A stretch of DNA of 64,000 bases from Lineus longissimus (taxonomy: Eukaryota): positions 17,638,500 to 17,702,499 of the forward strand of contig NC_088313.1 in NCBI RefSeq assembly GCF_910592395.1, read 5' to 3'. A program made the position numbers and the translations under genes. The notes under the pieces were generated by a model. It had not been told where the DNA came from. It did not search any database and was given only the letters and a program-made list of their open reading frames with translations. Positions 55,901 through 64,000 of this stretch are shown piece after piece; position 1 is the stretch's first letter; every line of letters starts with the position of its first letter.

Positions 55901-58900
55901 AAGCAGTGCATCCTTAATTCTTAATTCATATAACTATTGGGTATGCTGTTGCGTATAAACAAACGCCATGTAGGCGTTTAAACGATATCCTTAGCCGAGA
56001 CTAACCTATAGCGAAATTTTACCTATAAATGGCAGGGAAACATTTTCTACTACGCAAATATTGCTTTATCTTTCTTTTCAACAGTTTTCTTTTTATTGGG
56101 ATTCTATTGTGCAGCAAATCCCACGCTCTAGGTTATATACGTCTTACATGTAGAGTTTCTATCGTATTATCTATAATTTCCGTAGCCGAAGGACTTTTAT
56201 CATTGCTTGATTGTTCCGAGTGCGAAAGGTAACGTTTCCCGGGGAAACAAGTCAGATATATTGGTTGCGCAAACGTCAGATGAAGCAATAGGAGCCATTA
56301 GATACTGGAAACAAACCCGCTTCAACCAGTAACCTTCCACTCTCCAAATCATCCTTATGACCTAACTGACCATGACTTTCTGTAACATGTTTACGCGAAT
56401 ATGAAACGAGGCTGGTGAAATGGGAAACCGCCATAACGCACGCACTACCGAAAAGTTCTGCTACTGCTTGAATAGATAAACTTTGTTATGATAGGATTGA
56501 CGGCAAAATGTCAGGCAGTATGGATAAAACATTGTCCCCTGCCCTGGATGCTGTATTTGCACAGTTATGCTGTGTTTTTCAATGCAAAACATGACTAAAC
56601 CAAATAAATGTACAATACCCTGATATCACAAGAGAACTTGTCAATTCTACCGGAAATTAACCATCAATGCCCAATAAGATGGTCTGTCTACATCCGGGCT
56701 CCTGATGTGACAGCCAATAGCTAATCTGTGGCATCATGGATTCACATTGTGGAAAGGTGCCATTGCAATTGACTCAATCGTTCAATAACTGTCAGCATCG
56801 GGCTGAGATTCATGGCAACATTATCGCAAATTGGCTGATCTGTTTGGTTAATTGTACGCTTGATTGTCCAGATGATGGACTGGTTGTCTGTCCTGATCGA
56901 ATTCCCCTCCCAACTCACTGTAATGGTGAATTCACGAGTTACTCACGAGAACGATTTATATGCTGCAGATGAGAAATATTTTAAAACATATTCCTAATGA
57001 ATTTACTGGTAAGACTGCCAAAACGTCCCTTAAAATTAAAATTCACTTAAAATTAGTTGGGATTTGACTATTGAATGTATATAAGATTATATGCCTTGCA
57101 GTCATTTGGAATTGCAACGATGTGAAATAAAGGCTGGAGGAAAGGTGCCGTCTGTGGTTGGGGACAACACCGCGCCCTGAGGACAATACAGCATAGTGGA
57201 TGTTTCTCCAAATACTAGGGGGACTTGTCCAGGTTCATTCCTAGCAAAATACTGGGGAGACGTTTTTCACCTATACTATCATTTTAAGTGTTTCTGATAT
57301 ATACATTGACAATTTCGCAGGACGAGTAAAATATTCCCCGTCCGACACGCCAATACGCCGTCAACTAATGACTTTGTATTGCTTCAAGAGTAGGTGCATC
57401 CCATCCATCCACACTATTGATTAACCATAGCGGAATGATATGGGTCCACTCGACATTCAATGAGTTTCTGTCTATAGTATCAATCTTGGTAATTTCACCT
57501 AATGCCATTAGGTTGACACCGTGAAACTCTTTGCACCGTTAGCCCACCGACATTAAATAGCACATTTAAGTCGGCTGATCGATAGAGTTCTGCAGTGTAT
57601 TCATTTCGATTTAACGTCCATATCCTTGCCGGATTGAGAAGTTTTTTATTTGTATTTAATGTTATCACTTCACTACGCACAAAGATGTGCCGCCGTCAAA
57701 ATGGCATTTATTCCTTTATTTCCTGCCGAATTTCAAAAGGCAAGTGTTGAGCTGTGATCTAACTCAAATATCTCTGAGAAGATACCTATTACATTTGCAT
57801 TTGATACGTTTTGCGTCATGCTGTCGCCAATTCGTGGTACAATGCACTACCCTGTAAACAGTTGTACACTGTAACCAATGTAATCATAGTAGAAAACCTA
57901 CCACACTATCACTACCAACAATCTTGTAACAGATGTTGATACGGTCCGTATCAATTACTTATTTGCAAGTGGTGAACAGTGATAACATTAGAACACCCTG
58001 TCCATATTATATTGAGTAAACGTCACAGTACAAAAAGGGATGGAATAGGTCAATCTGATCACAGATGTAGTGTACAGTGCCACGAAGGCCATCTGCAACA
58101 TGTGTGTTTGAATACATTGCCTTGTTTACAAATTGCTTCATCATGCTCATAGCGGAAGCAAACTTTGCAGGACGTATACGTTTACTGTGACTATAACGCT
58201 TTTTTGATTGGCTACATCGGATGAATGAGGTGAACAGTGGTAAATGAACATTGATAAATAAAATACTGTCATCATTGGCGTTATCTGCCAATGCCATACA
58301 CATCAACATGGAGGACAAACTGCGCGTCGGTAAACCCCCCTTTGAGCCATGGTTTGTAAATTTGCCATGGCATTGTACTTGAATAGTGAATAGTAATAGC
58401 GTAATGGTTTTAGAAAAGGTTGGTTTAATTATCACGATGCAAAAGTGCTACTTCATGACACTTTACCATCATAAATGTGAATTGAATATCAAAGTGCACC
58501 CCAGCATGCACAACAACCCAAAAACAACTGCACGGTACAAAATCGAAATCGGTATTGTTTGATGTGAATTTAGAATTCATGAGTTTACAAGGCAACATGC
58601 ATATTGTGCTACTATTTGTGTTATAGGTGTAGAAATAAACAATTTAAGTATTTTGAGTACTCTATATCTGACACTGTAACAGCACGTCAACGGCTTGTGG
58701 GCAACGTTTTGGAGAGGCTCCAATGGTGGTTTCGATGAGAATACTGACTGGACATCAACGATACGACCATCGCAAAAACCGGAGTCATGAGGCGCGCATA
58801 GATAGATCGCAAAGCCAGGTTTTGGTGCTTACTTATTAATGTAGTGTACTCTGTATTCTCTTGCCTGTGATTACTTTTGTATGCATAATGCAATCAATGA

Positions 58901-59171
58901 ACTGAAGTGCTGGTTAAAAGAATGGTTTTATGGTTTTGCTTAAACATGTATGCAACATATGAAACGTCTAGGCAATTTAGATTTCTAGTAATGGTCCTAA
59001 ATTCGGTGATTAGAGACGTGCGGTCGAGTCGAATCAAAGTTTACGACCTCCATGGGAAATAAGTGCCCGTTTGGAGACTTAATAAACGTATTCATCAACA
59101 CTAGAAATGCCAATTCTTAGTCTCAACTAAGAATCTTGCAAGAATCTTATAGCGAATTTGAACTTCGAAAT

Positions 59172-59328
59172 CAAGGAGCCTCATGGCCTAGTGGTTTACA
59201 CTGCTGGCCACCACGCAATCGATCCCGGGGAGAACCCAATTCCGAAAAATTTTCAAAGCGAAAATTTTTTGGGACTGATGATGTTTCTTCATTTTGAGCA
59301 GAAAAATAAGTTTTAAAAATTATTAGAA
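59172..59328 (+). mobile_element. Candidate tRNA-derived SINE-like retroposon: Pol III A-box/B-box-like head, A-rich tail, flanked by an 8-bp direct repeat
   Basis: The A-box-like tggcctagtgg (59193-59203) fits TRGCNNAGTGG. The B-box-like aatcgatcccgg (~59217-59228) sits about 35 nt downstream. The 3' end is A-rich (gcagaaaaataagttttaaaaattattagaa). An identical octamer ttcgaaat flanks both sides (59164-59171 and 59329-59336). An internal T6 lies at 59264-59269. The sequence does not fold into a canonical tRNA cloverleaf. Confidence 0.3.
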
Positions 59329-62300
59329 TTCGAAATGTTTCCATCTGTAGCATGACAAATTTGCCACAATCAATTTCTTAACAGGAATCATGGCAGCATT
59401 CGTCTTTTCAGTTCTCATCACTCCACATTCTGCTGTGCATCAGCTTCTGCACAATGTCAGACAATCCGAACCCTAATAATTTATTGGCTGCATTATCACA
59501 TCAAGTGAACGACACGTGAGAAGTGGCGAACTTAAAGAATAGCTGCTTTTGGGTGGCGGAATTTTAGCACAAAACCAATACGTGATTGTTTTTACTGCTG
59601 CAAGCGCCAAAGTCGTTCTCTGTCATTAAAGTGGTATATAACGTTATAATTATCGTAGAAGAACGGCCATTCCCTCAGGCAATTGTCGGTTTCAATTCTC
59701 CTAGTTGTTATGGGGGGAACCGCTGCGATGGTTGTGTCTTAAGTTATGGTGAGTATTCCTTTGGTATATGAATTTGTACAAGTGTTGCATTACAAATTAT
59801 GACAAAACATGTCGATAACATAATGGTGCAGTTGATTTTTCTGGTTACATCTACGACGGGTAGCACTCAAAAACGTAACACCGGTTTTAGTATCTGACTT
59901 GATAAAAAATACTCTGAACTCTTCAGACGATTTTACCAACATAAATCATTAACAATCGGCAAGAAAGACTTTTCTTTAAGATGGCCATTTTGAATGGCCG
60001 TCAGGCGATAATCAAGATCAAATCCAATGTCACCAGGCTACTCAAATGCAATTTCATGAATCATATTAGCATAACCAATAGCGACATTGCTGTAATGAAA
60101 TCTTAATTTTCCTGACTTGTTTGGCTGATTTTGCTTCGAGCTCTTCAATTTATAACTCATCATTGAAAACGGGATAAAATACACCAATCCAATCATCAAT
60201 AACAGCACAATAATTTTGTTTTGTGATGAGTAGTATGAAAAACAGCTGATTTCCGTTAAACTTCCGTATTGCGCTGTGGTGTGGTGATTATCTCGAGCAG
60301 AAAGGGAGCTTTTGAAACCTTAGCGAAATTTCTTGGCATTTTCGACCAGCTGAATTTGAAAGTTAATGGAGAGTTCTAGCTGCTTCTGATAGCCAAGCAC
60401 AACTGAAGGACGACCCAAAAAGTGAGAGTAAAAATTCGAGTCGACGACACAGAAAAACTTGTGACGATCCCGTGGTAAAATAACTGGTAGCAAGATGGGT
60501 TTGCCGTCATTATCCTTGCATCGTTTGATGATCACGCGATCCGGGATTTGCTATTTTACCAAGCTAAGCGTAGGTTGTTTCTTTTGAAGACGTTTTTAAA
60601 GTAGGCGTCCAAATCTCGGATGTGCTATCTTACGAGAGCTGCCACAAGGTAGAGTCGTGTGGCAATTAAAAAGAGTAGTAAGATGAGGAAATGTATCCGA
60701 ATCAAGATTAGCTTTTTAACCAAAGTGATACTCGCTAATTTCAATTTAATCATGATGTTGATTTCGTAATTCTCCTTCGGGGGGTTGGCAGCGCGCCTAA
60801 TCTGCAAATTGCACTGTTCCTTATTATGCCTAAAGCACTATTGGGCCCAGTCAATTTCAATAATGAAAAATGAGCTCAAAACGACACTAATCTGTGGCTC
60901 TTGTAATAACCAAAAAAACTTGTTGCACCTAGGCGACGCCGGGAAAGGAAATTGCGGCACTTTACATAAAACAGCCTCTACGTCAAAATCAACTTCGCGA
61001 AATTAATGAAATTAAACGGAAGTGATTAGCAAAAGTAAGGTAGTTATCACAGATCGCAGCTATATACTTAGCACAATGTTGTAGATCCAAAACGTGGCTT
61101 TCCGTAGGAATTGCCGCCACAAGATTTGGAATTCTATGTCTCTTGCATGAAAGAAGAGAAAAAAAGTTACAAGTTACTTTGGGTATCATCATTGCACCAA
61201 AAAAGAAACAGGAACCAATTATTCCAGCTCATATTTATATCTGCGATAGCTCCGTATGGTCCGCTTGAGTGGGGTTTTTTTTGCTTGCTCTCGCATAGGC
61301 AGGTTATTCTGCGCCCGGTGCTCTGACCTCTATGCCACTGACACTCTCTAGTCAATTGCTTAGTATTACACTCCAAAGAGTCATCAATGTTCCGAAGCCA
61401 CTTAGCCGCACAGAACCGAGGTAAACATATCTGCTCGTTGCCCACTGCTTTAATGTCGATCCTTGCTCTATTAACTTGTTTAAACAAGGGCATAACCAGA
61501 ACCACCAAGTGCTTCGCAAACACGTTAATGCCGCTGCATGATTCCTCTATAACAAGTTTGTACTTGTCCCGGGCGCGACGCACACTTTAGCAAGCGCTCT
61601 CGGACTTTTGTCATTCGTCAAAACGGTGCGCACCACTTCAGCTTCGTGCACTACTTATCATTCTGCCCACTCACTAACAGCTTTGTTTGTGCACATGGCC
61701 CAACCGACTGGCCCACCAATAGACGGGGAAAAATTGATTGGTGAGATAGAATTAAATGTTAGGTCCATTGGACATCCATGCAAAATGTCCAATATATGAT
61801 ACAATTTCAGAAGAAGCACTCTCTCGAAAATGTCCAGCAACGTTAATACTGAACAATTTATGTATTCATTATTTCAGATGGCAACTTTAAAGGTTTTCCT
61901 ATAACCTGTTGCAAGTGTCACTTTCACCAAGCGCATTATCTGTCATTTTAACCAATAACATCAATTCAAGACGAGTATTGTGTTATGGGCTCGGTGAAAC
62001 AGTTTATCAGCTCACGAATTATACACTGCGCCTAGACTATCGGACGTATATCTTACCGCATCTGCTACTCAGGCCGTCGAAAATTGCCAAGGGGAAATAG
62101 CTCCATCAGCAATCTTCCCCTGAATCAGTGACAAACAAAGTTAACCTAAACGGTCCCCGGTGCCATTCTAGCCTAAACGCTGATAAAATGGACAGTTCCA
62201 CGGGGTATGTTCCTATTAAAACCAGATGGTATCACGCGTCAGTATCCTCAACTTACTGATTGATGGGAGGATTAAGTCACCAGTTCGACTTAAAAGGTTT

Positions 62301-64000
62301 AGTAAGATATCACCTTCGGGTCGAATAATCCACATCCGAAAAGATAAGATTGTGTCGGCTTTGGAAGCAAAGAAGCTTGATACTAAAACGCCAACCATAA
62401 AACCCATGCTTAAAGTTAAACCTGACCTAAAAGCCTCACGTTGCGGCGTGTTGCAGAGGGTTTCACGGTATTAGAAGAGATCGGAGTTGACATTTTGCTA
62501 TATTTCCTCGAAACCATTTCCGCTAAAAGCAGAAGCGGCTCATGCCCAGACAACATGGAGGAGAGTTGGCCATTAGGTCCTCGCCATTCTGGTGCAACTA
62601 AAAGTTATCAAAAGCAACTAAAGACACTTTTAGACGACCGTGTTGTCAAAGGCAACTAAAGCTTTAAAATCTCGTGCGTTTTTTCAAAACATAGAGTATA
62701 AACATTTCCAGTCAAATCATTTGCTTTCTACTGTACTGCTGATATCAACGGCAACATTAAGAATCGATCTTTAGAAAGTCATTAGATGTTATCACATGAA
62801 CCCCGTTATCATGGCCATAGAACCCGCCGTAGCCCATTGGTACTAGATCATTTCAGGGTCACCGAAATCGACTTTGATACGTCATCAGGTGTATATTACA
62901 AATGATTGATGGCGTTGCATGCAATGTTATGACATTCCCCTTATTTACTATCACTGTTTGTTCTACCAGGAATTATGATGGAAGGTCTAAACTAAATACA
63001 CGCATTGGCTTGTTTACAAATCCCCAGAAACACCACCACACACAACTTGAGATAATAGCGTCAGGTTGCGATGGGAATTGGAAAACTCATTTACGAGCCA
63101 ATCAGCTCCCGAGAGGAATTAGCTGCGCACTGGTTTACGAGGTATCCCGCAGTAAATTATAGTGCGCTTTCCGATTCGAGGCAACGTAAATAGCGCTCTT
63201 TGCACGTTATTGATGGATATTGTTAATAATTCCTCTAGATGTATTCATTGTAAATTTGGTTGAAGTGTTGGTGATTACTGTATATGATTTAACCACAGTC
63301 GTTATCGTAAAGAATGTGCGGTTTGGGAACAAATTGATAGGTTTTTTTTTTCTCTTTCGGATGTTTTACTTTATATATTAACTTCCTGTTCAACACGGGA
63401 TTACGACCCGCGTTACGAACTTCAGCGATATATCAGGAAAAAAATAGATTACTGGAATCGCACTTTTCACACTTGATTATTTATCTCTTCCTTCTACCTC
63501 AAACTACTAGATTGTTGGCTAACTGTTTACAGCAACCGAAGAAAATCATTAATCAGACTGACACAAATCGAAATAACGTAGACAAGTATAAACCTTACTC
63601 ATTCCGAGCAGGGATTGAGAAGGAAAAACTATTTTCTGTTTGGGTTGGTTACCCGCTAAATCTTATTTTGGAAAAGTTCTGCTATGATGGATGAAGATTT
63701 CTTATACCTTACAAGATTATTTAATGATTCTTGCAGATGACAAAACAAGATAAAAATGACAAATCACCGAGCTAAGTATACTGCATTTGATCTCCGAGGC
63801 TTTCTGTAGGATATCGATTAGCGAGACGTCATGAATTCAATGCATCCCCGCTTTCATGCTGGGGTTGGTGTTTTCATCTCCATATCACAAATTAAATCTC
63901 TCAAGTCCATTTGCTCATTTCGAATTGTAATGTTGATAAATATCCCTCCGGGTCAACAACATAAACTTTTTGATGAACAACTTTCCTTTTTTTCTAAAGT

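Noticed and set aside
56736-56972. 78-aa cysteine-rich ORF (9 Cys) as a possible secreted cysteine-rich peptide exon
   Set aside because: The Cys spacing matches no family I know (EGF, defensin, knottin, etc.). There is no signal-peptide-like N-terminus. The ORF is isolated, and TGY codons are frequent by chance in AT-rich DNA.
59186-59260. A genuine tRNA gene
   Set aside because: The A-box is good, but there is no sequence complementary to the putative acceptor 5' strand (agcctca), no foldable D or anticodon arms, and the B-box is imperfect. I call it SINE-like rather than a tRNA.
1-64000. A prokaryotic or phage-like 'system' (defence island, operon, integron, toxin-antitoxin)
   Set aside because: There are no ORFs longer than 155 aa and no operon-like ORF packing. 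Eukaryote-type repeats (MITEs, SINE-like, minisatellites, poly-T/poly-A) are present. Nothing supports a prokaryotic origin.

Overview
This 64-kb window contains no credible protein-coding gene. The longest six-frame ORF is 155 aa, none shows a motif I recognise, and the ORF length distribution is what AT-rich non-coding DNA produces by chance. The sequence reads as AT-rich (roughly one-third GC by eye) eukaryotic, probably metazoan, intergenic or intronic DNA. The base composition and one element's architecture are compatible with an invertebrate or mollusc-type genome, but that is a weak guess. Structured repeats supply the recognisable content: (i) a 358-bp element at 16401-16758 with ~30-bp terminal inverted repeats enclosing 2.3 tandem copies of a ~130-bp satellite-like unit; (ii) a 435-bp near-perfect foldback (hairpin) element at 37555-37989 that looks TA-flanked, with a 57-bp truncated terminal copy at 45048-45104, so it belongs to a repeat family; (iii) a ~1-kb degenerate tandem array at 38640-39660 whose units keep a conserved short palindrome; (iv) a second foldback at 40239-40479 built around three tandem palindromic 22-bp subunits; (v) perfect or near-perfect recent tandem duplications at 3344-3534 (2x98 bp) and 21514-21700 (2x95 bp, each with a T22 tract); (vi) a 157-bp tRNA-derived-SINE-like segment at 59172-59328 with A-box/B-box-like motifs and an 8-bp direct repeat on both flanks; plus smaller minisatellites, G-homopolymers and low-complexity tracts. 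I see no prokaryotic, phage, CRISPR or defence-system signature. The most unusual feature is the tight cluster of three hairpin or satellite structures between 37.5 and 40.5 kb. All coordinates were derived by eye and may be off by a few bases.
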